NCBI GenBank assembly: GCA_964019335.1
Contig: OZ025718.1
Location: 186,001-250,000, forward strand
Source: Diplonema japonicum
Lineage: Eukaryota; Protista; Euglenozoa: Diplonemea
Direction: 5' to 3'
Length of the DNA: 64,000 nt
Shown in pieces: positions 1-11,709 of this stretch. Both the position numbers and the translations under genes were made by a program. Below the pieces are notes generated by a model. It did not search any database, had not been told where the DNA came from, and saw nothing but the letters and a program-made list of their open reading frames with translations. Every line of letters begins with the position of its first letter. The stretch's first letter is position 1.

Positions 1-3000
1 ACACCGCCTGTCTCTGCCACGACGCCACTGTCACCATTCCGTTCTCTATCAGCATCGAATCTGGCGGATGGACTACCGTTCCGTTCAGAATCTGGAGGGA
101 TCTGATCGACGCCCACTTCCTTGGGTCGTCGGTACCCTTCTTAAGGTGTTCGAGAGTCCGGTCTTGCAACCTAAACCTCACAGTCGCACCACCGCAAGAA
201 GCGTAGAACCACGTGTCGCGTCCCGCCGTGCTAGGAACGGGGTTGAGATGCCCTCCATTACGGGAAACCTTTGTGACGGAATTGCCATGGTAGCACAAAG
301 AGGGGCGGGAGGTGGGGAGCTCGGATTCCTTGGGGGAGAACACGATGGTGTAAGCTGCGGCTCGTGAGGTGCACGTCGCAGCGTCGAGGGAGAGCCGGAA
401 GGTTATGGTCGAACCGAGACTGGCCACGCTGTCGTTGACAAGGGACGTAACGTTGGCATCAAGAATGCCGTGTGTAGGGACAGACACGTTCAGCACTGAC
501 GGGCTGATGGTGGATGCCCCACTGGCTGCCACAGAATGGGTCAGTGTGGTCTCGTCCCACCCCCACGAGGGGTCGACGACTTCGATCATCATTCGCACGC
601 ATTCCCCGTATGACTCCCCCCAGTTGCTGTTCACCACCACAAGCCTCAACCTGAACCTCTTCAGCGCTGCGATTGGAACGCTTGCAAACTTAATATACGC
701 ATCCTTTCCATCACTGCTGACTCCTAAATACCCTGTTCCGTAGTTGCTCCCTGTGTTGTCCGGGTCCACCATGGCGTCGTCAGTCGGCGTGATGCACGCA
801 TCGCGTCCTGCTTCGTAGAACTTGCCTATGGTCAAGTGCGCCCCTCTACTGTAGTAGAAGTTCTCAACCGTGTCGCCTGCAGTACCCGAGGAAGACATGA
901 CGAAGTCCCTGCCCTTGTAGTGTGCCAGCCGCCCGCTTCCCATTACAGTTCTCTGCACGGTCGCCTCTTGCGGGGAGACAATCCTTACGATGCACAGCAA
1001 AGATGGTTCAAACGGGTGAGTCACAGGGTCTGTGCAGAAATACATGACCTCAGCTTTTGAAAGCGTGTCTGAAAGGACTTCCAAGACGGGAGGGTCGGAG
1101 GTGGGTAGCGGGGCAGGGAAGAGAGCAGTACCGGACGCAGTGCCATCCGATATGAGAAAACCGTTGCGAACTGCCCACACCGCAAGACCGACGTTGTGGA
1201 GTGATAGAGCTGTAGGAAAGGAAGGTGCACGTGCGGCATGGAACAGCAGCTGGTGCTCCTCGGAGACAACTGTAGCGGTGCCTTCATAGTAGCGGTATAG
1301 GTTGTATACTTGCGTGTCACGGGAAGCAAGAAACAGTAGCTTGCCCCCCAGTCCGACCCCTGCTATCGGGTTACTGGAGTCCGGCCCTGGCACTATATCT
1401 GCCAAAAGTTTCACTCCACGTCCTGACCCCTCGCATCTTGCCCACATCTTGAAGTAGTCCAGCGCCGTGTACGAGAGAGTGTCGTATGTCTTTCTGAAAA
1501 CCACTCTCCAGTGCGTCTTGAACACTTCTTGCTCCCTTTGAATATCCCATCTTTGAACGTTCTCTGTGTTCTCTCCAATGTGTACACCCCACACGTGCCA
1601 CAGCTTTTTGTCATAATACTGTAGCTCTATCCTCTTCGGGCACCTCGGCGGGGTGCACGCCCACACGACATGCCCCACTTCCGCCCTTGTGTCTCCGTAG
1701 TCGTACGCTACCCACGCCTCCCCTAACAAGTCTTCCGACACACCGTCAAGCTTACTAAAGTACGTACTGTTAGTGTTATTGAAGCCGCTACTCTGGTACG
1801 ACACGGTGGGGACATCGCATCCATGGTCTGTGGCAGTTGGTTTATATTGTGGTAATGCATACGTTGCGCTTTCGTGGGATCAGGTAGTAGACAGGCACCG
1901 TTAACCTTCATCCCACGCACCCTACCAGTGTACCCTTCCGTCACCGTGCGGGACGGGAATGCTAGCGACCCCTGCGTTGCGTTATGCTGCAAACCTAAAA
2001 AGACATACCCCATAGTGCATCAGCGAGGTTGTTGTCCTTCTCACTGCTGTCACGTTGGTTGTCACGCTGATGAGGTTTCCGTCCTGATGCAAAGAGCACG
2101 CTGTGACGCCACATTTCCAGCTGAGCTTCGCCCATTTATAAGAGGAAAGTGAAGCCAGGCCTCCAGCGCACCCCGTGACCCAGCATTTCAAACTCAAAGG
2201 GAAGGACCATCCTGTGTAGGCATCCGCTCGAGTGACGTTCAGTGTCCCCGGCGTTGTCACGGAGGAAGAGAACTCAGCAGTACTTCCGTTCACGTTGATT
2301 GAATAAGGCGAGCAGCCGCCTATCCCCGTGTCCACGGACACCGTTGTGGACTGCAGGGAACTGGACCCCACATAGACATCCTGCATACACGGTGTGTCAT
2401 CCCCACCGAAGGTAAGCCCTAGACCAGTCACGTCGGAACGCAAGCTCCACACATCGAAAAGAGAGTCGCCCCCCCATCCTGTCTGCCCTGCGAGGACACC
2501 TGTCGAGGCTGTGTCTGCCTTGACTTCCACTTCTATTTCGAAGTCCGTCCCAAGTTCTCCTTTTGCAAAGTACACTGTCGCCCCGTCCAGATCTGTGTCC
2601 ATGCAATACTGCTCTGGGTCAGTATCGTCCTGCTTGCTGTGATCATATCCCCATAATTCCATTCCATGTGCTGCGTCGTACGACCTGAAGGCTACCATCC
2701 CGTCGACCAGCACGTAAAAGTCCTGCTTTGGATCATCGAGATGCCCCATGGGATCGATCAACACGGTGGCTTTACCCTCGCCAGACGTACCTGAACACGG
2801 TGACGGGGTCTGCCCTGCCTTAACATGCATCCCTAGTTTCGACCCCCACACGGTGCGTCCCTCAGACGATCCTACACAGTCGTCCCCAGACAGCGCGAAT
2901 GAGAAGTCAGATGCCAGTGAGCACACCCCATCTGTGAACACGTCCCACGTGGAGTTCTCGCTGCTGGCGGTGGGGGTGGCCGATAGAAGTGCATCAGCAG

Positions 3001-4099
3001 TCTCAACTTTCCCACTGGAATATGTGACATACAGCTGCCTTCTTCTGCTGTCTTCGCAGTTTAGTTTTAACACAGCTTGGCCTTCCAGCCTCGACCGCCC
3101 TCTGCTTATATCTCCCCAGTCTCCCAATTTTGAAACGGGAACACCTTCGATATCCCCATTGTCTGAGCGTGATGTGTGCACTCTGTCACCGCTCCAGTCC
3201 GTCCAACCATCGGGTAAGTGCTGCGTTGTCACACGCAGCCCCCGCCACTCGCCTCCATCATACACCACAAGAGGGGTGTGCCCTCTGAGGACGTTGATCT
3301 GACCCGTCCCACTTGGACGGATGAAGGTTGTGGTGCCCACAGTAGTCACGACGGGGTACCCCCCTGGACCACAGTAAGGATGGTGCCGCCCTGAGCATTC
3401 GTAGACCTTCGTGAAGGTGCCTTGCTGGGTCATGGTGAAGAGGGTGTGTTTGGAAGCTGTTGAAACGACAAGTCCCAAGTGACCACCGACATCATGCACA
3501 GTCATGGTGGGGTTGACGGAGGTGTAGCAGTTGGAGAAGAGGTCGAGGCGGAGACAGGGCCAGTTGACCCACGTGAGCGGGCGGAAGCGTATAACACGGA
3601 TCGGGCTGGAGATGGTAAGAGTGTTGGATGAGGGGGGCGAAATGCTGAGGGTGCCATGTGTGGACCACGAGTATCCTGTCCAGTAAGTGACTTCTACTGT
3701 TTTGGCCCAGCTGTGGCAACCCGCGTTGTTCTTCAGCGAGCATCTTGCGGCAAAGGTAACGTTGCTGACTTTCGTAGGGCTGTCGAAATGTACCTCTATA
3801 TAATCGCTGCCATCATCATGCTTCGCACACCAAGCATGGTCCACCCCCGTGTCCATGACTGAGCTCTTACTCACTGCAGAACCGTCTGCTGTGCTGGATG
3901 CCACACGATTGCCCTGCGCTCTACACCATCCTCCAATACGCGCCCCGTCAATTACCGCATCGCCCCCGACTCGGTGCACTCTGTGGTCTCCCGTGAGGGT
4001 GTAGTAGATATCTCCATTTAGTTTTGCGAATGATGAAACTGCTCCGTCCTGAAGAACCGTCACCAACCCGAATGCTGCATGCAACACGAGGCGTATCAT
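1..4099 (-). CDS. Large secreted mosaic protein (signal peptide, F5/8-type-C/discoidin-like, ELWxxDGT-like repeats, LamG-like, DNRLRE-like), 3'-partial
   Basis: ORF 1982..4099 continues through GT-AG introns at 1972-2008 (37 nt) and 1828-1862 (35 nt). The stretches I translated downstream stay open to base 1. Motifs: AWCAKHDDGSDYIEVHF...IRFRPLTWVNWPCLRLDLF; AFRSYDAAHGMELWGYD; KLLADIVPGPDSSNP; GYTGRVRGMKVNG; DDAMVDPDNTGSNYG...AYIKF...WDETTLT. Confidence 0.8.
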
Positions 4100-4167
4100 A
4101 GCATCCCTGAGATGGAGCGTTTAAAAATCAGTACGCGGCTTGTGAAATACAATACAAACAACGTTGT

Positions 4168-5256
4168 TTACCTCCCCAGTCGGTACGTCCGCCTTGGGGT
4201 AGACTCGTAGGGATCATCTTCGTTGTACGGCAGAGGCGGCACCGCCGTAACGGGCTGCTGCGGTACGCGATGCGGCGACACCCGTTGAAGAGACGCCCGC
4301 TGAGGTGACGGGGAGCTGGTGGGGGTGTACCCCGGGATGGGAATGGGGAAATTGTGACTGGCACATGCCTGATATATTGCCTCCAGAGATTTCTCAGCCG
4401 TCTCCAGCTTTTGACCCACTTTACGGTACTTTTCGCCCCCTGCAAGAAGCGCCTCCCTCGCTTCGCTAAGCTCCTTGTGCAACCTCACGTTCTCATTGCC
4501 GTCAGCGACCACTTCAGACGTCAACTGTGCTATCACCTCAGCAGACCCAATACAATTCTTACACTCACCTCTATCCAGTTGTGCTCGCAGCTCAGAAATT
4601 GTCGTATCCTTGGCTTCGAGCATTCCAGCTTGCTGTTCCACTGTCGCGCTGAGAGACACGGATAGGCTTTGCGTCTGATCTTGCTTCGCTGCCTCTGCAT
4701 GGGCTGCTTTGAGTTCTTGCACTTCCGAGGTTTTCTTTTCGCATTCAGCGTGCAGTTCGGTGATGCGATCCTGCAGCTGTTGGAAGGCTGCTAAAATAAT
4801 ATGGCCTTCGACGCTATTTGCGGGAGCAGGGGCAGGGACAGGTGCAACGCTGCTGGAGTGAGGAACGCCTGGCCGTGTACTTGCGGTGGATGCACGTTGG
4901 ATGAGGGAGGCGATGCTTGAGAGGGGGTGCGACAGTGGCGTGTTATGGGCTGTTGCCGTTTTCACGGAGCACGTAGCATTGCTACCGCTGCCATGGTATG
5001 AAGGTGTGGGAGACACAGCATTGTGATCTGACTGTAACACGGAAATCTTGTCAGTTCTCCGCGATCTCTCTGACATCCTGATAGACCTCTCCGACCTCTC
5101 CGACTTTTCTGACCTTTCGGATCTCACCGAAGCCGCCGCCGCATGTTCGCTCGTGATACTCCCTGCCACACTCCCCGACGGTGTTCTCGACGCCACGCTG
5201 TACTTGTTGTCGGTCCTTGCCGCACTTTCGCTTACCGACACTGCGCTGGTCGACAT
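4168..5256 (-). CDS. Hypothetical Ser-rich/coiled-coil protein
   Basis: Long ORF with a heptad-rich centre. The first ATG (MSTSAV) at 5256 follows a T-rich tract ending in AG. Confidence 0.7.
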   Translation of the reverse strand: MSTSAVSVSESAARTDNKYSVASRTPSGSVAGSITSEHAAAASVRSERSEKSERSERSIRMSERSRRTDKISVLQSDHNAVSPTPSYHGSGSNATCSVKTATAHNTPLSHPLSSIASLIQRASTASTRPGVPHSSSVAPVPAPAPANSVEGHIILAAFQQLQDRITELHAECEKKTSEVQELKAAHAEAAKQDQTQSLSVSLSATVEQQAGMLEAKDTTISELRAQLDRGECKNCIGSAEVIAQLTSEVVADGNENVRLHKELSEAREALLAGGEKYRKVGQKLETAEKSLEAIYQACASHNFPIPIPGYTPTSSPSPQRASLQRVSPHRVPQQPVTAVPPLPYNEDDPYESTPRRTYRLGR

Positions 5257-5388
5257 TCTTGAGCTGCCTTTATGGGGGACGTCTTGCAAGGATGCAAAAG
5301 AAAAAAATAAAATTGAATAGTGTGTTAAACCGTTTTAAACCAAAACACATAAGAAAGTAAAAGCGCAGGTTATACACCTGAAATCTTG

Positions 5389-5425
<37 letters not shown>

Positions 5426-5426
<1 letters not shown>

Positions 5427-6916
5427 CATCGCTGCCCCAGAACATTCTTTAGTTTCCTCTTTGAAGGGAGCCCCGTGGTGGGGTCCTCCATCCCGAGGAT
5501 CGAGGTTGTGGCGAGCAAACGCCGGACGGGTTCCTCAGGAAGGCCAGATTTTTCGGGGACGGCGTCGAGGAGCTTGGAACCCACAGCAGCGAAGGAAGGC
5601 GCAGAGGAGCCGGAGGGATCGCAAGGGAGACCCGTGGCGGGATCGACATGGATCCCGGACGACATTTTTTTCCCCTCACCACGGAGCCCTGTGGGGCCTG
5701 TGTAACCTACCTCACGCGGGCGTAGACACGACGCAGGGACTCCTGTAGTCCCGCTACCTGTTGACCACACAACGTTGTAAGCATCCTGCTCAGTATCGGA
5801 TAAACTGTGAATCTGACCAGGTTGCCAGGGTGAACCTGCTTCAAGCTTCCCCTCCACGAGGTCTCCAACCTCGTACTTATGGATGACAGCTCCCTTTTTA
5901 CGATGGATGATGTCGGAGACGTGAGCATGGTGGGCTTCTAAACCCTTCCTTGTGTCGGGGTTCATTGCGTACATGCACTGTACAGAGTGGGAAGGCCAAC
6001 CGGTGGATTTGTCTGTTTGGTACTCCTCACAACGTGCTAGGTAGTCTTCCACTGTGAGGTTTCGGTTTTCAAGGGTCTTTGTGGCTTTGGAAGCCTCGTT
6101 GTAGTCCCAGTACCCGTCGTTGTCCTCGTCGAAGTGGCGGAAAACGATCTTCGCCTTGTCTTGTACTTCGTTGGGTGTCGCTTCGAGTAGCATTCTTGTG
6201 GACTTCTCGGTTTCTTTTTCATCGTCAGAGAGGTCCTTTTCCAGTTTTTCGAACCTCGCGTAGTCGGTCTCGTGCGACTTCTTTTTAACAGGCTTCTTCT
6301 TTTTCTTCCGTTTCATAACGCCTCCTGGAAGGTATGATGTCGAAACCTGCATGCCGGGTGTGATGTATATCACCTCAGGGGAGCCGTCTGTTTGTTTTGA
6401 ATCGGGTTGTTGTTGTTGTTGTTGTTGTTGTTCCGGAGCATCGTCTTCCAATTTAGACAGGATTGAGTTTCGTATTTCGCTTTTTATGTCGTTTGTTTGC
6501 TGGGCCTCCAGTTTGGTTACGCATGTGTCCAACGCTTTTTGAATGAGCTTGTCGCCCGGTGCGAAGCTCTCTGCGGTTTCGTAGGCTTGCATGGCTTTGT
6601 GGTAGTCTTGCAGGTGTCTGCGTGCCTCGCCCAGTCTGAACCATGCTTTTGGGTTTTCGGGCATCAATGCTGATGCCCGTTCGCTGTCATTCCGTGCCCC
6701 TTCGTAGTTGCTCATTCGCAGCCTTGCTACCGCCCTGTTTAGATGGCCCAGTCCATACTGCTCCACGCTTGCTGCAGTGCTCAGTGCCATACCATAATGC
6801 ATCTCTGCTGCTTTGGGGTTGTCCGCTTTCAGGGCAGCATTCCCCGCCTCTCTGTGACGTTCGCTTTGTTCTGCGCTTCCGAGTGAAACCGGGTGGTCCG
6901 GTTGTGTGGCGGGCAT
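5426..6916 (-). CDS. TPR protein with EF-hand-like and Tudor/Agenet-like segments
   Basis: Three TPRs (REAGNAALKA...LNRAVARLRM...KAWFRLGEA), EF loop FDEDNDGYWDYNE, and YEVGDLVEG...WQPGQI...YNVVW. Confidence 0.8.
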
Positions 6917-7275
6917 TTTCTTTTTTTTTGTCTTTTGCTTTTTGTTTTGTTCTTTTTTTAAACAAAGGATGGGGGAGGGGAGAAAGAAAAGACACCTACT
7001 TCAGTAGGAGAACGGATTGTGGCCTTTGCACAAGAATTGCGTAACGATTTTCTTTTTTTTTTTGAAAAAAAGAGAGAGGGGGGGATAACAACTTCCTCCC
7101 TCCCCCTCCCTTTTGTCAAAAAGAATTTGACAAAAGGGGGGGAAAAAAGAGAGAAACAAGTCGGTGGTTTTTCATTTCCCCTCCCACCCACCCCACTTTT
7201 ACCCCCCCCTTTTTCTCAATCTCTGAGGCTTCTCACTTTCTCTCTGTCTCTGTCTCTGTCTCTGTCTCTCTCTGC

Positions 7276-8039
7276 TTACTGTTGCTTCTCCTTCTCAGCT
7301 TGCTTGGCATAGATCATAGAAGTGAAGGGGCTGTTGTTATTTTTTTATTTCTTATTTTCTTATTTTTTATTCCCCCACTTTCTTGGGTATTAAGTGAATT
7401 GTCTCCCCCCCCCTTTTTTTTGAAAAAAAAGAATTCCTTTCATACCCTTCATAAAACGTTGTAGAAACATAGTAGACAATCCAGACCCAAGCAGACAGAA
7501 GAGCTCCAGCAGGGGAACCGGCACTGATTTTGAAAAAAAAAAACTTTTTTTTGCAAGAAAAAAAAAAAATCATACAGAGAAGAAAGTCCTAAGAAGTTCA
7601 TGGTAGCACCCACGTACATTGGGTGAGAAAGCACGTTGAAGGGGAAACCAGTGACCATTTCCTTCATAAGAATACCGAAGTAGTCGCCGAGGAAGGTCCC
7701 CGTGATCCCAAGACGCATGAACGAGGAACCCACAAAGATGCTGCCCAAGGTAAGCAGGCTGTACCCCGTGACCTGAAGTGCCTTCTCGTTGCCCTCGTTC
7801 TTGATGCTGGGTTGTTCCTCAATAGCCTGCTTGAACACGATGTCCCTGTACGTGCTGAAGCCGAAGATCCATGCCGCCATTGCATACGCACCGGCTGTCC
7901 TGCTGCCCGCGAACACCTTGGACACCACCTGGTCCCTGTACTCAGCCCTCGCGACAATATTCCAAATGGTGGGGCACAGGGCGGTCACGAGGCAGGACTT
8001 CCAGAAAGTCTTATTAGAGAAATCGATAATTGATGTCAT
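7276..8039 (-). CDS. PEMT: Phosphatidyl-N-methylethanolamine N-methyltransferase (PEMT/OPI3)
   Basis: Motif LGITGTFLGDYFGILM...VTGFPFNVLSHPMYVG. Removing introns 7524-7575 and 7331-7445 restores the typical C-terminus SPAGALL...FYEGPFTSMIYAK. Confidence 0.93.
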
Positions 8040-8124
8040 TTTTTTTTTTTTTTTTATTGATCACTTTTTTTTTTCTTTCTTTTCCAAAAAAAAGTATTTA
8101 TAACTCTCAATAATAATAATAAAG

Positions 8125-8171
8125 AAAAAAACTGTTCTTTTAAGGTATGCGTTTTTACGCTCACCGGCCGA
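8125..8171 (-). mobile_element. 3' end of poly(T)-tailed retroposon, subfamily B (stem-loop + CCTTAA + T run)
   Basis: Near-identical to 39570-39617. Minus strand reads GGTGA-GCGT-AAAA-ACGC-ATACCTTAAAAGAACAG-T7. Confidence 0.55.
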
Positions 8172-8220
8172 GAAGAAAAAAGAAAAAGAAGAAAAAAAAG
8201 CAGCGTAACACTGTCACCCA

Positions 8221-8772
8221 TTACACGCCAAAGAGCCCGTAATCCTTAATGACAAGCGAGGAACAGATTGAAGAGAAAGGCGATGCGGAAGCCTTTGGCG
8301 CAGAAGCCTCTGTAGATGAAGGGTCTACGACAGTAGGTGTGTTTATGGATAGGAGGAGGTCGGTGTCGGCAGGGGGCGGGAGGCGGAGGACGAGGACCTC
8401 CACCGCCACAGTGTTTTTAACAGTTTCCTTGAACTTCGCGGCTTGCTGTTCTCCTCTGATGAGGACTCGTGTTGTGGCGTTGGCGAAGTTGGGCAGCTCT
8501 GCTGCCGACAGTTCGGTGATCTGCTCCACCCGCATCTCATTGGCAGCACAGCCGTTCGCCCTGCCTATTTCCTCAAAATGGAACTTCGCTAGCTCAGTCC
8601 CGTTCTTCCCTGCAATAACATCCAGCACTTCCAAAATCATGCTCTGGTTTGTATCCATGTCCGCCCACACTTCCTGGTGGTCAGGCACCTCGCGAAATTT
8701 GCTTGTATCGATGAAAGATTCTGGCAACACCACCTCCATTGCCCCGCCGTACATTTGCTGTGCCGTTGGCAT
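8221..8772 (-). CDS. MOG1: Ran guanine nucleotide release factor (Mog1/PsbP-like)
   Basis: MYGGAM...FIDTSKFREVPDHQEVW...QSMILEVL...FHFEEI...TDLLLSINTP are Mog1 signatures. Confidence 0.9.
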   Translation of the reverse strand: MPTAQQMYGGAMEVVLPESFIDTSKFREVPDHQEVWADMDTNQSMILEVLDVIAGKNGTELAKFHFEEIGRANGCAANEMRVEQITELSAAELPNFANATTRVLIRGEQQAAKFKETVKNTVAVEVLVLRLPPPADTDLLLSINTPTVVDPSSTEASAPKASASPFSSICSSLVIKDYGLFGV

Positions 8773-8954
8773 TTTTATCCCCTCCTTTTTTTTTTTTTTT
8801 AAATTTTAATTTTTTTTTTTCCACGGTAAAAGAGAGGGTCGAAATTTAACACTGGGGAAAAAAAAAAAAAAAAAAAAAAAAACTAAAAGAGGTCGAATAA
8901 ACCCTTTTTTTTTTTTTTTTTTTTTTTGTAACTTATCCCTATACAGGAGATGCA

Positions 8955-9404
8955 TTAAGCGGCTTTTTTATACCCATATTTTCTCCGTTCGTAATACAAA
9001 TCAGTTTTTGCCGCGCCAAGATTGATGATTTTAGGGCACCCGTCCCTCTGTGTTTGTTTTTTTAGTGAAAGCTTCCCAAAAAGAAATTGAACACATACAT
9101 CCTTTTCCAGTAGCACACACTCCTTACAATAGTAGGCATCGGACACGCCAGGCTGGCTGCAGACAACGCATCTCCCCTGCTGGCTGCCATAGTTGCATTC
9201 ATCACAAATTCTTACTAAGGTCGAGGGCCTTACGTGTGAATCGCAGATCACACATTTCCCGTCACATTTTTCGCATAGCCGGCCAAAGGCTGTGGGTGTG
9301 TTTTTTTTTTCCTTTTTTTTTTCCTCCTTTTTTTTTTCTTTCTCCATCATACCAATCCCATCCTGCTTTCTACACATAATTAAATCTTGGTGATGTCTCG
9401 CCAT
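8955..9404 (-). CDS. PHF5A: Splicing factor PHF5A/Rds3 (SF3b subunit)
   Basis: [14 protein letters not shown]...[16 protein letters not shown]...[11 protein letters not shown]. Two in-frame introns at 9290-9352 and 9048-9098. Confidence 0.97.
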   Translation of the reverse strand: MARHHQDLIMCRKQDGIGMMEKEKKKEEKKKEKKNTPTAFGRLCEKCDGKCVICDSHVRPSTLVRICDECNYGSQQGRCVVCSQPGVSDAYYCKECVLLEKDVCVQFLFGKLSLKKQTQRDGCPKIINLGAAKTDLYYERRKYGYKKAA

Positions 9405-9503
9405 TTAATCTCCCCCTTTAGATAACCCCCCCTCGCCTTTTTTTTTTTTTTTTAAAGTTGTATCCGGCAAGTTAAGCGGGGGTTGAAAACAAACTAAAAA
9501 AAG

Positions 9504-9549
9504 AAAAACTCAAAGTGCAGGACAAACCCCCTCATGGAGGGCCGCCCTT
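9504..9549 (-). mobile_element. 3' end of poly(T)-tailed retroposon, subfamily C
   Basis: Same ~43-nt core as 45981-46023 (aactcaaagtgcaggacaaaccccctcatggagggccgccctt). On the minus strand it forms a hairpin AGGGCGG-CCCTC-CAT-GAGGG-..-TTGTCCT followed by a T run. Confidence 0.55.
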
Positions 9550-9866
9550 CTTGAAAAAAAAAAAAAGAAAAAAAAAAGGGGGTGGGAAACATAAACGTTC
9601 GTGAAACGGTGCAAAAAAGGCAGCAAAGCTCATATTAGTGCAAAAGGTAGCCTTGCACTTTTTTAGGGAAGCCCATTTGCATCGCATCTGCTTTTTTTTT
9701 TTTTCAATTTCTTTTTAAAAAAAAAAAAAAGCAAATGCTCCGTTGACATAGATAGGTACTCCCCATCCCCCAACAAAAATGGCAAGCAAATCTTTCAAAA
9801 CAAAGAAGAAAATCTGCTTAATACAGTGGGGGGGGGGGGGGGGGGGGCGAGTCTTTCTTTCGCTTC

Positions 9867-10427
9867 TCACCCAGAAAAGGTTATAATCGTAGAGTTAGAT
9901 TTGAAAAAAGTGTGTATTTGAGAACGATCCAGACCGAACGGAGTGGGGCAGGTTCTCGGAGTGAGGGCAGGGTTCGCCTTGGCGGCAGCAAAGAGTGTTG
10001 TAATAGGTTCCCCCTCGGTGAGGTTATGATGCCCAGTGTCCAATCGCCTCCTCCAGCCCATGTTAAACTCCCCATTGCTATGGTAGTACTCCTGCTGGTC
10101 GATGAAAAAGGAGGTTGGGCTGTTGGGAGGGGGTCCTTCGTCACACCCTGACGGCCCTACACAGTCGTACCCATCAGGCATGGTGTAGCCTATCACATAA
10201 TCACCACCCACCATGCTCCCTACTGTGTTGTAAGCCATGGCTATCCACATTAAATCCTGTTTAGTAGTGCTGTCAACTGTCATGGTGGTGGTCACGTAAG
10301 GTGGGTCCCACACCCACACTAGCCTCACGAAGGCTTTCTCGCCGTTTTCGATAGGGATTGTGACGTTCTTTATGCCGTGGAACACAGACATGCTGCACAC
10401 TGCTATTGTTATTATCGCTACCGACAT
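9867..10427 (-). CDS. Secreted single DOMON-like domain protein (paralog 1)
   Basis: Signal peptide; WIAMAYN...SMVGGDYVIGY...RRLDTG. Paralogous to 10988-11545. Confidence 0.75.
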   Translation of the reverse strand: MSVAIITIAVCSMSVFHGIKNVTIPIENGEKAFVRLVWVWDPPYVTTTMTVDSTTKQDLMWIAMAYNTVGSMVGGDYVIGYTMPDGYDCVGPSGCDEGPPPNSPTSFFIDQQEYYHSNGEFNMGWRRRLDTGHHNLTEGEPITTLFAAAKANPALTPRTCPTPFGLDRSQIHTFFKSNSTIITFSG

Positions 10428-10800
10428 GTTTTTTTTTTTTTTTCTTTTTTTTTTTTCTCTGCCCTCCTCTTGTATAACGTACTTGTGTGCCACATTAAAA
10501 AATCTGGAAAACTATTCGTGCGATAGTACTATGCCGTGGGGGGAGGGTGGACACTTCGGCGAAGTGTTCCACCCCACTGAACAACATGTACATATCTGTA
10601 GGAGGAACAAGGAAAAAAAGAAAAAAAGAAAAACGTGGGTTGAAAAAGAAAAAAAAAAATGAAGAAAGAATAAGCTTTATAAATAACCGCCGCTCCTCAC
10701 ATATCAGGTCTTCTCGGTGCCACATAGAAGAGGAGGGCGCAAGTTAAGCTCAGAAGATTGGAGAAAAATAATTCACCGGAAATAAGAAAAAGGGGTATTG

Positions 10801-10863
<63 letters not shown>

Positions 10864-10942
10864 CTTTTTCTTTTTTTTTTTTCCAAGGAAAAGAGATCCC
10901 AACGAGGTGTCATCAGGAATGAAGATCTATTTCATATTCTCA

Positions 10943-10973
<31 letters not shown>

Positions 10974-10987
10974 AGCTACAACCTCAC

Positions 10988-11545
10988 TCACCCTGAGAAG
11001 GTAATGGAGGTAGAGTTGCTCTTGAAGAAGTTGTGGACCATCCCGAAGTCGAAGTCGGAGGTGCAGTTCTTGGGGGCGTTGGCGGGGTTTGCGGTGGCTG
11101 TGGCGTACAGCATGTGGACGGGCTGCCCAGCGACGAGGGGGTTGTAGCCGCTCGCGATGGGGCGGGTGAAGGAGAGCGTGTAAGCGGCGCCTGCTGCGGA
11201 GAAGTGTGTGTTGCTGATCTCGAGCTTCGGCGCGCTGTTCGGGGGCGGGCTCCCCACGCACGACAGGGGCCTCACACAGGTCTCCCCAGACGGGGTGATG
11301 TACCCCATCACGTAGTCCCCTCCCACCATCATCCCGTTCACCCCGTTGTACCCCAGCGAGAACCACATCAGCTCCTGGTTCGCTGTCGTGTTCACAGTCA
11401 CGTAGGTGTGCACCACAGGCGGCTCCCAGTTCCACTTCAGGTCCACCGTCGCAACCCCTGTCGCAGCAGGGAACGTCATCACCCTCTCACCGTCGTACCC
11501 CGACACAGCACACACTCCAGCAAGCAGGGCAAGCGCGGCCTTCAT
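10988..11545 (-). CDS. Secreted single DOMON-like domain protein (paralog 2)
   Basis: Signal peptide MKAALALLAG; WFSLGYN...MMVGGDYVMGY...LSFTRPI; shared end FFKSNST..ITFSG. Confidence 0.8.
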   Translation of the reverse strand: MKAALALLAGVCAVSGYDGERVMTFPAATGVATVDLKWNWEPPVVHTYVTVNTTANQELMWFSLGYNGVNGMMVGGDYVMGYITPSGETCVRPLSCVGSPPPNSAPKLEISNTHFSAAGAAYTLSFTRPIASGYNPLVAGQPVHMLYATATANPANAPKNCTSDFDFGMVHNFFKSNSTSITFSG

Positions 11546-11709
11546 TTTTTAAGTTAATTAAAGAAGTTGTTTTAAACCTACGTGCAAGGAATGATGGCCT
11601 ACCCTTAGATTTTTTTTCTTTCTTTTTTCTTCGCTTGTTAGAAATAAAAGAGAAAAGACAGAAAAAAAAAGAAAAAAAAAAAGGAGTCGGCTAGTAGGAC
11701 ATAAAAGAG

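Noticed and set aside
68-1614. Short ORFs on both strands
   Set aside because: They are shadow frames of the minus-strand giant CDS that runs off the window edge.
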